Shown: positions 11,741 through 22,064, counted from the first letter of the stretch. The stretch: 64,000 nucleotides of DNA from Cryomorphaceae bacterium MED-G11 (GCA_002457075.1 NTKQ01000001.1:22079-86078); one strand, 5' to 3'. Translations and numbers: made by a program. Notes: generated by a model not told the origin, from the sequence alone.

Positions 11741-11857
11741 ATGAAAGTAAAAGCATCAATAAAAAAAAGAAGTAGTGAATGTAAAATCGTTAGACGTAAA
11801 GGACGATTATACGTCATTAACAAAAAGAATCCAAGATTTAAACAAAGACAAGGTTAA
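11741..11857 (+). CDS. rpmJ: 50S ribosomal protein L36 (zinc ligands largely lost)
   Basis: Not in the ORF track (38 aa). My translation is [38 protein letters not shown] with stop TAA at 11855-11857. The MKV.AS.KK...CKIV.R.G...VI...P..KQRQG pattern is classic bL36. Confidence 0.92.
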   Translation: MKVKASIKKRSSECKIVRRKGRLYVINKKNPRFKQRQG

Positions 11858-11859
11858 TT

Positions 11860-12234
11860 ATGGCAAGAATTTCAGGAATTGACATACCAAAAGATAAAAG
11901 AGGAGCAATTTCCCTAACATATATTTATGGTATAGGTAGAAGCTTAGCAATTACAATATTAGATAATGCTAAAGTAGATTCTAATAAAAAGGTTTCGGAT
12001 TGGGATGATAAAGACATCGCTAGTATAAGAGATGTAGTAGGTAACCTTACGATTGAAGGTGAGCTTAGATCAGAGACACAATTAAACATTAAAAGGTTAA
12101 TGGATATTGGAAGTTATAGAGGTATAAGACATAGAACGGGACTTCCTTTAAGAGGTCAAAGAACAAAAAATAATTCTAGAACTAGAAAAGGTAAAAGAAA
12201 AACTGTAGCTAACAAGAAAAAAGCGACTAAGTAA
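11860..12234 (+). CDS. rpsM: 30S ribosomal protein S13
   Basis: [28 protein letters not shown]...[26 protein letters not shown] is uS13. Confidence 0.97.
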   Translation: MARISGIDIPKDKRGAISLTYIYGIGRSLAITILDNAKVDSNKKVSDWDDKDIASIRDVVGNLTIEGELRSETQLNIKRLMDIGSYRGIRHRTGLPLRGQRTKNNSRTRKGKRKTVANKKKATK

Positions 12235-12236
12235 TT

Positions 12237-12620
12237 ATGGCAAAATCAACTAATAAGAAAAGAAAGGTAATTGTAGATTCTACTGGTGAAGCTCATATTA
12301 ACGCTTCATTTAATAATATAATCATTTCAATTACAAATTTAAAGGGTGAAGTCATTTCATGGTCTTCTGCAGGAAAAATGGGTTTTAGGGGTTCTAAAAA
12401 GAATACTCCTTATGCTGCTCAAACTGCTGCTGAGGATTGTGCAAAGCCTGCTTTTGATGCTGGACTAAGAAGAATCAAAGTTCTAGTTAAAGGCCCAGGT
12501 AATGGAAGAGAATCAGCAATCAGAACACTTCATAATAACGGTCTAGAAGTTTCAGAGATTATTGATGTTACCCCAGTTCCTCATAATGGATGTAGACCAC
12601 CTAAAAGAAGAAGAGTTTAA
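12237..12620 (+). CDS. rpsK: 30S ribosomal protein S11
   Basis: [46 protein letters not shown]...[16 protein letters not shown] is uS11. Confidence 0.97.
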   Translation: MAKSTNKKRKVIVDSTGEAHINASFNNIIISITNLKGEVISWSSAGKMGFRGSKKNTPYAAQTAAEDCAKPAFDAGLRRIKVLVKGPGNGRESAIRTLHNNGLEVSEIIDVTPVPHNGCRPPKRRRV

Positions 12621-12635
12621 TTAATTATAATATAA

Positions 12636-13241
12636 ATGGCAAGATATACAGGACCTAAAACAAAAATCTCAAGAAAGTTCGGTGAACCTCTTTTTGGTGA
12701 GGATCGTACATTAGAGAAAAAAAATTATCCTCCTGGTCAACATGGGAATAGTAAAAGAAGATCTAAAAAGTCTGAATATGCTATTCAATTAATGGAGAAA
12801 CAGAAAGCTAAGTATACATATGGTATTCTTGAGAAGCAGTTTAAAAATATATATGATAAAGCTAATAAAGGTAAGGGTATTACAGGTGAGTTATTACTTC
12901 AGCTTTGTGAATCTAGACTAGATAATGTTGTCTTCAGAATGGGTATTTCAAAAACAAGAGATGGCGCTAGGCAACTAGTTTCTCATAAACACATAACTGT
13001 TAATGGGTCAATTGTAAATATTCCATCTTATACACTTAGACAAGGTGATAAGGTTTCAGTAAGAGAAAAATCAAAATCATTAAAGGCAATTGAGAGTTCT
13101 CTCATGGAAAATAGCTCTGAATATGATTGGATCAAGTTTAATAGAGAAAGACTTGAAGGTGAGTTTGTTGCTATTCCAGAAAGAGAGCAGATTCCAGAAA
13201 ATATCAAAGAACAATTAATAGTTGAACTATACTCAAAATAA
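12636..13241 (+). CDS. rpsD: 30S ribosomal protein S4
   Basis: [21 protein letters not shown]...[24 protein letters not shown]...[10 protein letters not shown] (S4 domain) is uS4. Confidence 0.97.
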   Translation: MARYTGPKTKISRKFGEPLFGEDRTLEKKNYPPGQHGNSKRRSKKSEYAIQLMEKQKAKYTYGILEKQFKNIYDKANKGKGITGELLLQLCESRLDNVVFRMGISKTRDGARQLVSHKHITVNGSIVNIPSYTLRQGDKVSVREKSKSLKAIESSLMENSSEYDWIKFNRERLEGEFVAIPEREQIPENIKEQLIVELYSK

Positions 13242-13246
13242 AAAAT

Positions 13247-14239
13247 ATGGCAATTTTAAACTTTCAAAAACCAGATAAAGTAATCATGATAGATTCTACG
13301 GAATCTCATGGAAAATTCGAATTTAGACCACTTGAACCAGGATATGGTTTAACTATAGGTAATGCTCTTCGTAGAGTTCTTTTATCATCTTTAGAGGGTT
13401 ATGCTTTTACTTCTGTTAAAGTTGATGGAGTAGATCATGAATTCTCTACAATAAAAGGTGTAGTAGAAGATATGACAGAAATTATTTTAAATATCAAGCA
13501 AATCAGATTGAAAAGACAAATTGATGATGTTGAAAATGAAAAAATAAATGTCATAGTTGGTAACCAAAAAGTGTTAAAAGCCTCAGATCTTCAAAAGTTT
13601 ATTTCTGGTTTTCAAATCTTAAATCCTGACTTAGTTATATGTAGTCTTGAAAAAGATGTTAAGCTTTCTATTGAGCTGACTATTGAGAAAGGAAGAGGGT
13701 ATGTCCCAGCAGAAGAAAATAAAAAGCAAAGTGAATCTATTGGTGTAATTGCAATTGACTCCATTTATACTCCAATCAAGAATGTAAAGTACGATATAGA
13801 GAATTTTAGAGTTGAACAAAAGACAGATTATGAAAAATTAGTTTTTGAGATTGAGACTGATGGTTCAATTCATCCAAAAGATGCCCTTACGGAAGCAGCT
13901 AAAATTTTAATTCATCATTTTATGTTATTTTCAGATGAATTAATCACTTTAGAAGCTGACGAAATTGCTCAATCTGAGACTTACGATGAAGAATCACTTC
14001 ACATGAGACAACTTCTTAAAACTAAACTTATTGATATGGACTTATCAGTTAGAGCATTAAATTGTTTAAAAGCTGCAGAGGTTGATACTTTAGGAGATTT
14101 AGTTTCATTTAACAAAAATGATTTAATGAAGTTTAGAAACTTTGGTAGAAAGTCTTTAACAGAGTTAGAAGAGTTGGTTATACTTAAAGGTCTTTCTTTT
14201 GGAATGGATCTTTCAAAATATAAATTAGATAAAGATTAA
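13247..14239 (+). CDS. rpoA: DNA-directed RNA polymerase alpha subunit
   Basis: 330 aa, [29 protein letters not shown]-terminal domain and [22 protein letters not shown]-terminal helix-hairpin-helix domain. Confidence 0.97.
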   Translation: MAILNFQKPDKVIMIDSTESHGKFEFRPLEPGYGLTIGNALRRVLLSSLEGYAFTSVKVDGVDHEFSTIKGVVEDMTEIILNIKQIRLKRQIDDVENEKINVIVGNQKVLKASDLQKFISGFQILNPDLVICSLEKDVKLSIELTIEKGRGYVPAEENKKQSESIGVIAIDSIYTPIKNVKYDIENFRVEQKTDYEKLVFEIETDGSIHPKDALTEAAKILIHHFMLFSDELITLEADEIAQSETYDEESLHMRQLLKTKLIDMDLSVRALNCLKAAEVDTLGDLVSFNKNDLMKFRNFGRKSLTELEELVILKGLSFGMDLSKYKLDKD

Positions 14240-14249
14240 ATCCTAAATC

Positions 14250-14675
14250 ATGCGACACGGTAAGAAAAATATTAAACTAGGTAGAAAAACTGCTCATAGA
14301 AAAGCTATGTTAGCTAATATGGCTATTTCTTTGTTTCAGCATAAAAGGATTACAACTAGTTCTACAAAAGCAAAGGCTTTGAAGATATTTGTTGAACCAC
14401 TCATAACTAAATCTAAGAATGATAATGTTCACAACAGAAGATTGTGCTTTAGTAAGCTTAGAAATAAAGTAGGGGTTCAGATTTTATTTGATGAGATATC
14501 AAAAAAGATTGCAGATAGACCTGGTGGTTATACTAGAATTATCAAAGTAGGTAATAGAATGGGAGATAATGCATCTATGGCAATGATTGAATTAGTTGAC
14601 TTTAATAATATATATAATAACAATTCTTCAACAGAAATTATTGATGAATCTGTTGTTGAATCAACTACTGAATAA
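14250..14675 (+). CDS. rplQ: 50S ribosomal protein L17
   Basis: [25 protein letters not shown]...[10 protein letters not shown]...[29 protein letters not shown] is bL17. Last gene of the alpha operon. Confidence 0.96.
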   Translation: MRHGKKNIKLGRKTAHRKAMLANMAISLFQHKRITTSSTKAKALKIFVEPLITKSKNDNVHNRRLCFSKLRNKVGVQILFDEISKKIADRPGGYTRIIKVGNRMGDNASMAMIELVDFNNIYNNNSSTEIIDESVVESTTE

Positions 14676-14697
14676 TTCCATTCAAAAAGTAATTAAC

Positions 14698-14732
14698 AAA
14701 AGGATATATGTTTTTTCATATATCCTTTTTTT
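14698..14732 (+). terminator. Rho-independent terminator after rplQ
   Basis: Inverted repeat AAAAGGATATATG (14698-14710) / CATATATCCTTTT (14717-14729) with a TTTTTT loop, running into a T tract that ends at 14732. Confidence 0.8.
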
Positions 14733-14752
14733 GTGTAATTTTACTTTCCGAA

Positions 14753-15847
14753 ATGTCCAACGAAAAAAGAAAAAAAGGTCTTGTACTATTAGCTGATGGT
14801 ACTATCTTTTATGGTCGTTCAGCTGGAATTGAAGGTACTTCGTTTGGTGAAATTTGTTTTAACACCGGAGTTACTGGTTATCAAGAAATATTTACTGACC
14901 CATCTTACTTTGGACAAATCATGGTTACCACGACTTCACACATAGGTAATTATGGTATTAAAATCTCTGAATCTCAATCAAAAAAGATTTTTATAAGTGG
15001 ATTAATATGCAAGACTTTTAGTTCAGTTAACTCTAGATCTAATTCTGAGTCATTAAAAAAATGGTTTCAATCAAATAACCTTGTTACTCTATGTGATATA
15101 GATACAAGAGCATTGGTAAGATATATTAGAGATAATGGGGCAATGAATGCTGCAATTACTACAGAGGTAGATAAGATTGATGATTTACAAAAGAAATTAA
15201 AAGATTTTCCAAGTATGGATGGCCTCGAACTAGCTTCAAAAGTATCTACAAAAAAACCATATGAATATGGGGATAACAATTCAAAAACAAAATTAGCTGT
15301 AATTGATCTAGGTATTAAGAAGAATATCCTAGATAATTTTTCAAGAAGAGATATTTTTGTTAAAGTTTTTCCTTTTGATACTGATTTAGAAGAGATGTTG
15401 AAATTTAAACCACATGGTTTCTTTCTTTCAAACGGACCTGGGGACCCTAAACCTTTAGTTAAGGTTATTAATACAGCAAAACAAATACTAGCTAAGGACT
15501 ACCCTTTATTTGGGATTTGTTTAGGTCATCAAATTATAGCTCTTGCTAATGGAATTAAAACCTATAAAATGTTTAATGGTCATAGAGGTATAAACCACCC
15601 TGTATTAAATTTAAATACAGGCAAAGGGGAAATAACCTCTCAGAATCACGGTTTTGCTGTGGATTATGATACTGCAAATTCAAGCAAATCAGTAAAAATT
15701 TCTCACAAACATCTAAATGATCAAACAGTAGCAGGTCTTGAAGTAGAAGGAAAAAAGTGTTTTTCTGTTCAATATCACCCAGAAGCTGGACCTGGACCTA
15801 ATGATGGAAATTATCTTTTTGATCAATTTCTATCTAAACTTAAATAA
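14753..15847 (+). CDS. carA: Carbamoyl-phosphate synthase small (glutaminase) subunit
   Basis: [25 protein letters not shown]...[22 protein letters not shown]-domain and GICLGHQ...HGFAV..QYHPEA triad-type amidotransferase domain. ATG 14753 chosen because the track start at 14708 lies inside the terminator hairpin. Confidence 0.93.
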   Translation: MSNEKRKKGLVLLADGTIFYGRSAGIEGTSFGEICFNTGVTGYQEIFTDPSYFGQIMVTTTSHIGNYGIKISESQSKKIFISGLICKTFSSVNSRSNSESLKKWFQSNNLVTLCDIDTRALVRYIRDNGAMNAAITTEVDKIDDLQKKLKDFPSMDGLELASKVSTKKPYEYGDNNSKTKLAVIDLGIKKNILDNFSRRDIFVKVFPFDTDLEEMLKFKPHGFFLSNGPGDPKPLVKVINTAKQILAKDYPLFGICLGHQIIALANGIKTYKMFNGHRGINHPVLNLNTGKGEITSQNHGFAVDYDTANSSKSVKISHKHLNDQTVAGLEVEGKKCFSVQYHPEAGPGPNDGNYLFDQFLSKLK

Positions 15848-15851
15848 TGTA

Positions 15852-17144
15852 ATGACTAAAATAAAAACTATTGTAGCAAGACAAATTTTTGATTCCAGAG
15901 GAAATCCTACTGTTGAAACCGACGTTATAACTACTAATGGTATAATGGGGAGAGCATCTGTTCCTTCTGGTGCTTCAACTGGTCAGCATGAGGCAGTAGA
16001 GTTAAGGGATGGCACAAAAAAATATATGGGTAAGTCAGTATTTGAAGCTGTTAACAATGTTAATGATCTAATTTTTAGAGAGTTAGAGGGTTTATCAATT
16101 TTTGATCAATCTTTAATTGACTCAAAAATGATTAGTTTAGATAACACACCAAATAAATCTAAACTTGGTGCTAATGCTATTTTATCTGTTTCATTGGCAG
16201 TTTCTAAAGCTGCAGCATTAGAGAAAGATATTCCACTATTTAAATATCTGGGTAACGAAAACTCAAATGTTCTTCCTGTTCCTCTAATGAACATAATTAA
16301 CGGTGGGAGTCATTCAGATTCTCCTATTTCTTTTCAAGAATTTATGATCGTCCCTATAGGTGCATCTAGCCTTAGTAATGCCCTTCAAATAGGTAACGAG
16401 GTATTTCACAATTTAAAATTGATTCTGAAATCTAGAGGTTTATCGACTGCTGTTGGTGATGAGGGTGGATTTGCTCCGGATTTAGATGGCACAGAGGACG
16501 CTATTAATACTATAATAAAAGCGGTTGAAAAAGCTGGCTATCAGATGAATAAAGATATTATGATAGCACTTGATTGTGCAGCATCAGAGTTTTATAAAGA
16601 TGGTCTTTATGATTACTCAATTTTTGAAAAGGATAACTCTTCTAAATTAACTTCTGCAGAACAAGTTAATTTTTTAGTTGATCTCTGTGAAAAGTTTCCT
16701 ATAATCTCAATTGAAGATGGAATGGATGAAGATGATTGGGAAGGTTGGAAACTATTAACAGATAAAATAGGAGACAAAGTTCAATTAGTAGGTGATGATC
16801 TTTTTGTTACTGATATTTCTAGATTATCAAAGGGGATTAATGAAAAAATTGCTAATTCAATATTGATTAAGTTTAATCAAGTAGGCTCATTGACAGAGAC
16901 AATTTCATCAATAGAACTTGCAGCTCAAAATAATTTTACTTCAGTAATTTCACATAGATCAGGAGAAACTGAAGACTCTACCATTGCAGATTTATCAGTT
17001 GCATTCAATACAGGGCAAATAAAAACTGGTTCAATGTCTAGAAGTGATAGAATGTCAAAGTATAACCAATTATTAAGAATTGAAGAAGAACTTGGAGATA
17101 AATCTAAATATCTTGGAAAAAGTGCCTTTAATTTAAACCTTTAG
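15852..17144 (+). CDS. eno: Enolase
   Basis: [25 protein letters not shown]...[18 protein letters not shown]...[26 protein letters not shown] is enolase. ATG 15852 chosen over the 15801 extension that overlaps carA. Confidence 0.96.
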   Translation: MTKIKTIVARQIFDSRGNPTVETDVITTNGIMGRASVPSGASTGQHEAVELRDGTKKYMGKSVFEAVNNVNDLIFRELEGLSIFDQSLIDSKMISLDNTPNKSKLGANAILSVSLAVSKAAALEKDIPLFKYLGNENSNVLPVPLMNIINGGSHSDSPISFQEFMIVPIGASSLSNALQIGNEVFHNLKLILKSRGLSTAVGDEGGFAPDLDGTEDAINTIIKAVEKAGYQMNKDIMIALDCAASEFYKDGLYDYSIFEKDNSSKLTSAEQVNFLVDLCEKFPIISIEDGMDEDDWEGWKLLTDKIGDKVQLVGDDLFVTDISRLSKGINEKIANSILIKFNQVGSLTETISSIELAAQNNFTSVISHRSGETEDSTIADLSVAFNTGQIKTGSMSRSDRMSKYNQLLRIEEELGDKSKYLGKSAFNLNL

Positions 17145-17187
17145 AAATTTAAATTTTATTTAATTTTTTTCTTAGCTGTAGGTAATT

Positions 17188-17195
17188 TAAATTTG
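17188..17195 (+). promoter_or_regulatory. Candidate Bacteroidota -7 promoter box (TAAATTTG) upstream of gltA
   Basis: Exact match to the TAnnTTTG -7 consensus described for Bacteroides/Flavobacterium promoters, 16 nt before the ATG at 17211. I saw no clear -33 TTG. Confidence 0.35.
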
Positions 17196-17210
17196 CATAA
17201 ATACCTATTG

Positions 17211-18506
17211 ATGGATAAATCTGCAAAAATTGAATTTAAAGGGAAGTCATATACTTTTCCAGTTATAACTGGATCAGAGAATGAAGAGGCAATTGACATT
17301 AAAAATTTAAGATCTGAGGTAGGTCTAATTACTTATGATCCTGGATATAAAAATACTGGTCACTGTATTAGTGATATTACATATCTTGATGGTGAAAATG
17401 GTATTTTAAGATATAGAGGATATTCAGTTGAAGAATTATGTAAAAAAAAATCATTTTTAGAAGTAACATATTTATTAATCTTTGGTGACTTACCATCTAA
17501 AAATGAACTTGAAAAGTTTCAAAATGATATTAGAGAAGAAACATTAGTTGATGAAGACTTAAAACAGATCTTTAAGAGTTTTCCAAAGTCTGCTCATCCA
17601 ATGGGAGTTTTATCATCATTAACATCTGCCCTTATAGCTTTTAATCCCCAAAATGAAACTAAGATTTCAATGACAGATAAAGAAGGTATTACTGAAGATG
17701 ATAAAATGTATTTATCAACTGTAAGACTTCTAGCTAAATTTCCAATTATGTCCTCCTGGACATTAAGAAAGATTAAGGGTTTACCTTTAAATTATAGTAA
17801 TAATAACCTTTCTTATACAGAGAACATAGCCTATATGATGTTTGCTAAACCTAATCAAGAGTATGTTCAAAATGATGTAATAGTTAATGCTTTAAATACT
17901 CTTTTAATACTCCATGCCGATCATGAACAAAACTGTTCTACCTCAACCGTAAGAATTGTTGGTTCTTCATATGCTGGTTTATACGCATCTATTTCTGCTG
18001 GAATATCTGCTTTATGGGGAAGACTTCATGGTGGTGCAAATCAAGCCGTTATAGAGATGTTAGAACTTATTAAAAATGATAATTCAGATATTGATAAATA
18101 TCTAAATAAAGCGAAAGATAAATCAGACCCTTTCAGATTAATGGGTTTTGGCCACAGAGTATATAAAAACTTTGACCCAAGAGCAAAAATTATTAAAAAA
18201 GCTGCTGATCAAGTTTTAAGTGATTTAGGTATAGATGATCCAATTCTTGATATAGCTAAATCAATTGAAGAAAAAGCTTTAACTGATGAGTACTTTATTG
18301 AAAAGAAATTATACCCAAATGTTGATTTCTATTCAGGAATTATTTATAGGGCTTTAGGTATTCCAACCGATATGTTCACAGTTATGTTTGCCTTAGGAAG
18401 GATTCCAGGTTGGATTGCTCAATGGAAAGAAATGAGAGATTCTAATAATCCAATTGGAAGACCAAGACAGATATATAATGGTCCTACTCATAGAAAAATT
18501 TCATAA
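17211..18506 (+). CDS. gltA: Citrate synthase
   Basis: GLITYDPGYKNTGHC.S.ITYLDGENGILRYRGY..., LHADHEQNCSTSTVR, GFGHRVYKNFDPRA are citrate synthase type II signatures. ATG 17211 preferred over TTG 17193. Confidence 0.94.
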   Translation: MDKSAKIEFKGKSYTFPVITGSENEEAIDIKNLRSEVGLITYDPGYKNTGHCISDITYLDGENGILRYRGYSVEELCKKKSFLEVTYLLIFGDLPSKNELEKFQNDIREETLVDEDLKQIFKSFPKSAHPMGVLSSLTSALIAFNPQNETKISMTDKEGITEDDKMYLSTVRLLAKFPIMSSWTLRKIKGLPLNYSNNNLSYTENIAYMMFAKPNQEYVQNDVIVNALNTLLILHADHEQNCSTSTVRIVGSSYAGLYASISAGISALWGRLHGGANQAVIEMLELIKNDNSDIDKYLNKAKDKSDPFRLMGFGHRVYKNFDPRAKIIKKAADQVLSDLGIDDPILDIAKSIEEKALTDEYFIEKKLYPNVDFYSGIIYRALGIPTDMFTVMFALGRIPGWIAQWKEMRDSNNPIGRPRQIYNGPTHRKIS

Positions 18507-18514
18507 TAAACTAA

Positions 18515-20287
18515 ATGGAAATCAAATCAGAGATTTCAAACTTAACATCTAATTTTTTATTAAAAAATTATGATATAAAAGTTGAAAAAATTGAAATCCA
18601 AAATACTAAAAAAGACTTTACAGGTGATATCACTGTAGTTCTATTTCCTTTTTTTAAACTTATTGATAAAGATAAAATTTCAGAATTTGGAAAAAATCTC
18701 GGTTCAAATTTAATTAAAAGCTCAGTTAATATTATTGACTATAATATAGTTGCTGGTTTTTTAAATCTTAGTATTAGTGATAAGTATTATATTAATTTTA
18801 TTGACTCTATTAGAGATGATTTAAATTTTGGAAAATCTAAATCATCAAATGAAACATATGTTGTAGAGTTTTCATCTCCTAATACAAACAAACCCCTTCA
18901 TTTGGGTCATATAAGAAATAATCTATTAGGATACTCCATATCTAAAATCCTAGAGGCTAATGGAAAAACAGTTCAAAAAGTCCAAATAATTAATGATCGT
19001 GGTATTCATATATGTAAATCCATGATTGCTTGGAAAAAATTTGCAAATGGATCTACTCCAAAATCAGAAAATATTAAGGGAGATAAATTTGTTGGTAATT
19101 ATTATATAATGTTCGATAAGGTTCATAAAGAACAAATGATTGAACTGATTGATTCTGGAATGGATAAGAATATTGTTTCTGAAAATACCGAAATAATGAA
19201 GTTAGCTAAACAGGAGCTGATGAATTGGGAAAAAAATGATAAGGAAACAAGAGATATTTGGAAAATGATGAATGAGTGGGTCTATGGAGGATTTGAAAAA
19301 ACATATGATTTACTAGGAGTTTCTTTTGATAAAAATTATTATGAAAGTGAAACTTATCTTTTAGGGAAGAATATCATGGAAGAAGGTATTAAGAAAAAAA
19401 TACTATATCAGAGAGAAGATTCATCTGTTTGGATTAATCTTGATAATGAAGGTCTTGATGAAAAACTTTTGTTAAGATCTGATGGAACTTCTGTCTATAT
19501 GACTCAAGACTTGGGTACAGCTGTTCAAAGAATAGCCGATAATTCTAATGTCAAAGGAATGATATATACTGTAGGAAGTGAGCAGGATTATCATTTTAAA
19601 GTATTATTTAAAATTTTAAATAAATTAGGATATGATTGGGCTACTAACTTATATCATTTAAGCTATGGAATGGTAGATCTGCCCTCAGGAAAAATGAAGA
19701 GCAGAGAGGGAACCGTTGTAGATGCTGATGACTTAATTTATGACCTTATAAGCACTGTTAAAAATACCACAGAGAGCTTAGATAAGTATAAATCAAATAA
19801 TGAAGTCTTAGACTTTGATGATTATAAAAAGATTGCGCTTGGAGCGCTTAAATATTATATTCTAAAAGTAGACCCTAAGAAGAATATTTTATTTAATCCT
19901 GAGGAATCAATTGATCTTAGTGGAAATACGGGACCATTCATCCAGTATGCATATGTAAGAATTCAATCAATATTGAATAAAGTAAATAAGGAAGTTACAA
20001 TTGATAATAATTATCAACTTAATGATAAAGAGAAAGAGGTTATAAAGATTATACACCAATACCCATCAGTAGTAATTGACTCGTATAAAGAGTTATCACC
20101 TGCACTTATTGCCAATTATCTATATGATTTAGTTAAGAGCTTTAATTCATTATATCAAAATTATCATATACTAAATTCTGAGTCTAAAGAGTCTACCTCT
20201 ATTCGTTTATTGATTTCTGTTAAGGTTAGCCATGTTATAGAATCTGCTGGCGATCTTCTGGGTATTGATTTACCAAATAAAATGTAA
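18515..20287 (+). CDS. argS: Arginyl-tRNA synthetase
   Basis: 590 aa. Class I signature SPNTNKPLHLGHIRN, KMKSREGTVV in place of KMSKS, DALR-type anticodon-binding C-terminus ending in M as usual for ArgRS. Confidence 0.92.
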   Translation: MEIKSEISNLTSNFLLKNYDIKVEKIEIQNTKKDFTGDITVVLFPFFKLIDKDKISEFGKNLGSNLIKSSVNIIDYNIVAGFLNLSISDKYYINFIDSIRDDLNFGKSKSSNETYVVEFSSPNTNKPLHLGHIRNNLLGYSISKILEANGKTVQKVQIINDRGIHICKSMIAWKKFANGSTPKSENIKGDKFVGNYYIMFDKVHKEQMIELIDSGMDKNIVSENTEIMKLAKQELMNWEKNDKETRDIWKMMNEWVYGGFEKTYDLLGVSFDKNYYESETYLLGKNIMEEGIKKKILYQREDSSVWINLDNEGLDEKLLLRSDGTSVYMTQDLGTAVQRIADNSNVKGMIYTVGSEQDYHFKVLFKILNKLGYDWATNLYHLSYGMVDLPSGKMKSREGTVVDADDLIYDLISTVKNTTESLDKYKSNNEVLDFDDYKKIALGALKYYILKVDPKKNILFNPEESIDLSGNTGPFIQYAYVRIQSILNKVNKEVTIDNNYQLNDKEKEVIKIIHQYPSVVIDSYKELSPALIANYLYDLVKSFNSLYQNYHILNSESKESTSIRLLISVKVSHVIESAGDLLGIDLPNKM

Positions 20288-20315
20288 AAAAAAAGTCACC
20301 CGAAGGTGACTTTTT
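20286..20315. terminator. Bidirectional rho-independent terminator shared by convergent argS and the rhodopsin gene
   Basis: AAAAGTCACC (20291-20300), CGAA loop, GGTGACTTTT (20305-20314). It is flanked by an A run on the left and a T run on the right, so a U tract follows the hairpin in both orientations. Confidence 0.85.
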
Positions 20316-20333
20316 AAATTGTGTGTATATAAA

Positions 20334-21053
20334 TTACTTAGATACAGCAAGGTTGTAAACAACAAGACCGAAACCGATTTTGTTAATTGCATCACCAACG
20401 TTATAAATAAGATCCATTTCAAGAGATAGACCTCCCATAAATGAATACCACATTCCGTCAGCAGTTCCAACCATATATCCAATTGGATAAATAGCCCAAC
20501 CTATCAGTACGAATTTACATAACATCTTATGTGCACTTTCTACATTTCCTCCTGCAGATTTCGCAAGGCTAGCTGCATTACCCATGTATATTTCATGAAC
20601 AATTGCAAAATATGCTAAACCTGAAACTAGACCCCATAGTTGAGCATCTAATCCCATTACACCTGCTTCACCGAAATATCCAGTAACAAGCATTAATGTT
20701 GAAAGACCAATTAATTTCCATAGCATACCTTTAGTAGCGCCTGATGGCTTTAGAATTAGATAAAACTCAACACACATAAGTGGTACAGTTAAAATCCAAT
20801 CTACATATCTGTAAGCAGTTGTAATATCGCCTTCCATAGCAGCATTTCTCATGTAATAATAATGAAGAGCTGCAATACCAGTAATAAGTGCTGATACAAG
20901 CATAGAAGTTTTCCACTTATCAGCTACTAAATTCATAGCAGAGAAAAAGAACATCGTTGCAGCTAACATAGCGGCAAATCCGATCCAAAAAGTGAAATCA
21001 ACCAAGCTTAAATCAGTAGCTAAAACAGGTAGAATACTTAATAAATTTTCCAT
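20334..21053 (-). CDS. Proteorhodopsin (light-driven proton pump, DTE motif, Met at tuning position)
   Basis: 239 aa, seven hydrophobic helices. It aligns by eye along its whole length with green proteorhodopsin: KWKTS, LHYYYMR, RYVDWILTVPLMCVEFYLIL, GYFGEAG, GWAIYPIGY, LIYNVGDAINKIGFG. D85/T89/E96 correspond to PR D97/T101/E108, and K225 (codon 20379-20381) is the Schiff-base lysine. Confidence 0.93.
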   Translation of the reverse strand: MENLLSILPVLATDLSLVDFTFWIGFAAMLAATMFFFSAMNLVADKWKTSMLVSALITGIAALHYYYMRNAAMEGDITTAYRYVDWILTVPLMCVEFYLILKPSGATKGMLWKLIGLSTLMLVTGYFGEAGVMGLDAQLWGLVSGLAYFAIVHEIYMGNAASLAKSAGGNVESAHKMLCKFVLIGWAIYPIGYMVGTADGMWYSFMGGLSLEMDLIYNVGDAINKIGFGLVVYNLAVSK

Positions 21054-21161
21054 AATTAAATTAATTATTGTTTATAGAAAGTAAATTAAATAAAATAATG
21101 GATTAAAAAAAGATTATTTGAAAAAAAATCATATCTTTTTTTACGAATATTTCAAGATTTT

Positions 21162-22046
21162 ATGCTTAAAATTATTAATTCTAGAATTTCAATAATTTGT
21201 ATTTCTTTAATAGTAAGTTATTTTATATCAGATATTTACGAAAACATATTAGGTTTCATTTTAATTTTATCCATAGGAGTAGTTCATGGTGCTAATGACC
21301 TGTTAATAATTAAGAAATATTCAAAAAAAGAAACAAAAAGAAGTGAAACCTTATATTTTTTCTATTATTTGGCCATTGTATTGCTTGGTTTTGTTTTTTT
21401 CTATGTGTTTCCATCAATTGCTTTATTAACATTTGTTATTGTGTCAATATATCATTTTGGTGAGCAACATTGGGAAGTTAACCTTTCAAAAAGTGATTCT
21501 GTCTATCGTAATAAAATATTTCTATTTATTTCTCATGGAATTATTTTTTTCATAATTATTTTTATGAATAATTTGAAAATAGTTAATGAAGTTTTGTCTT
21601 CATTTAATGTTAACCCTTTAGAACATTATTATTTAGTATTAGCATTAATTGTTTTCTCTATTTTATACTCTTTATTTATACTTTATTTAAAAAATTTAAG
21701 AAAGTATCTATTTAATGAAACCATATTCTTTAGTTTACTTTTTTTATTGACAATAAATACTACTTTAATATTTGGTTTTGCAATCTATTTTATATTCTTC
21801 CATAGTCTTTTATCTATTAAAGATCAAATTAAGTTCATATATGATGATGATAATCCTAAAAACATTAAAAAATATATCAGGAACTCAATGCCTTATTTTA
21901 TTCTAGCTTTAACTTTTCTTTTAATATGTTACGTAGTTGTAGATTTAGATACAATTAATCTTCTACCTATAACTTTTACATTTCTTGCTGCTATTACTTT
22001 TCCTCATGTTTTAGTAATTGAAAAAATGTATAGGCATATGAAATAG
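21162..22046 (+). CDS. blh: Brp/Blh family beta-carotene 15,15'-dioxygenase (retinal-forming)
   Basis: 294-aa polytopic membrane protein with four conserved-looking His sites typical of the family (GVVHGANDL, SIYHFGEQHW, IFFHSLLS, TFPHVLV). It is divergently adjacent to the rhodopsin gene, the usual arrangement in proteorhodopsin-bearing flavobacteria. Confidence 0.8.
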   Translation: MLKIINSRISIICISLIVSYFISDIYENILGFILILSIGVVHGANDLLIIKKYSKKETKRSETLYFFYYLAIVLLGFVFFYVFPSIALLTFVIVSIYHFGEQHWEVNLSKSDSVYRNKIFLFISHGIIFFIIIFMNNLKIVNEVLSSFNVNPLEHYYLVLALIVFSILYSLFILYLKNLRKYLFNETIFFSLLFLLTINTTLIFGFAIYFIFFHSLLSIKDQIKFIYDDDNPKNIKKYIRNSMPYFILALTFLLICYVVVDLDTINLLPITFTFLAAITFPHVLVIEKMYRHMK

Positions 22047-22064
22047 ATTATTTAAAGCAATATG

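Noticed and set aside
14596-14796. A 66-aa ORF bridges the rplQ 3' end, the terminator and the carA 5' end. I considered it as a possible leader peptide.
   Set aside because: It is out of frame with both real genes, runs straight through the terminator stem, and reads as low-complexity Leu/Ile/Asn. There is no support for translation.
20270-20482. A 70-aa minus-strand ORF overlaps the 3' end of the rhodopsin gene and the terminator.
   Set aside because: It is an alternative frame of the rhodopsin coding region and crosses the terminator hairpin. It has no motifs.
20334-22046. A compositional jump suggested horizontal acquisition. Hand counts on a few 60-nt lines gave about 33-42% G+C in the rhodopsin gene versus about 18% in one blh line.
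   Set aside because: Similar hand counts gave about 48% in a secY line and about 28% in an rplB line. The spread therefore tracks amino-acid composition and expression level rather than foreign origin. There are no flanking repeats, tRNA or integrase.
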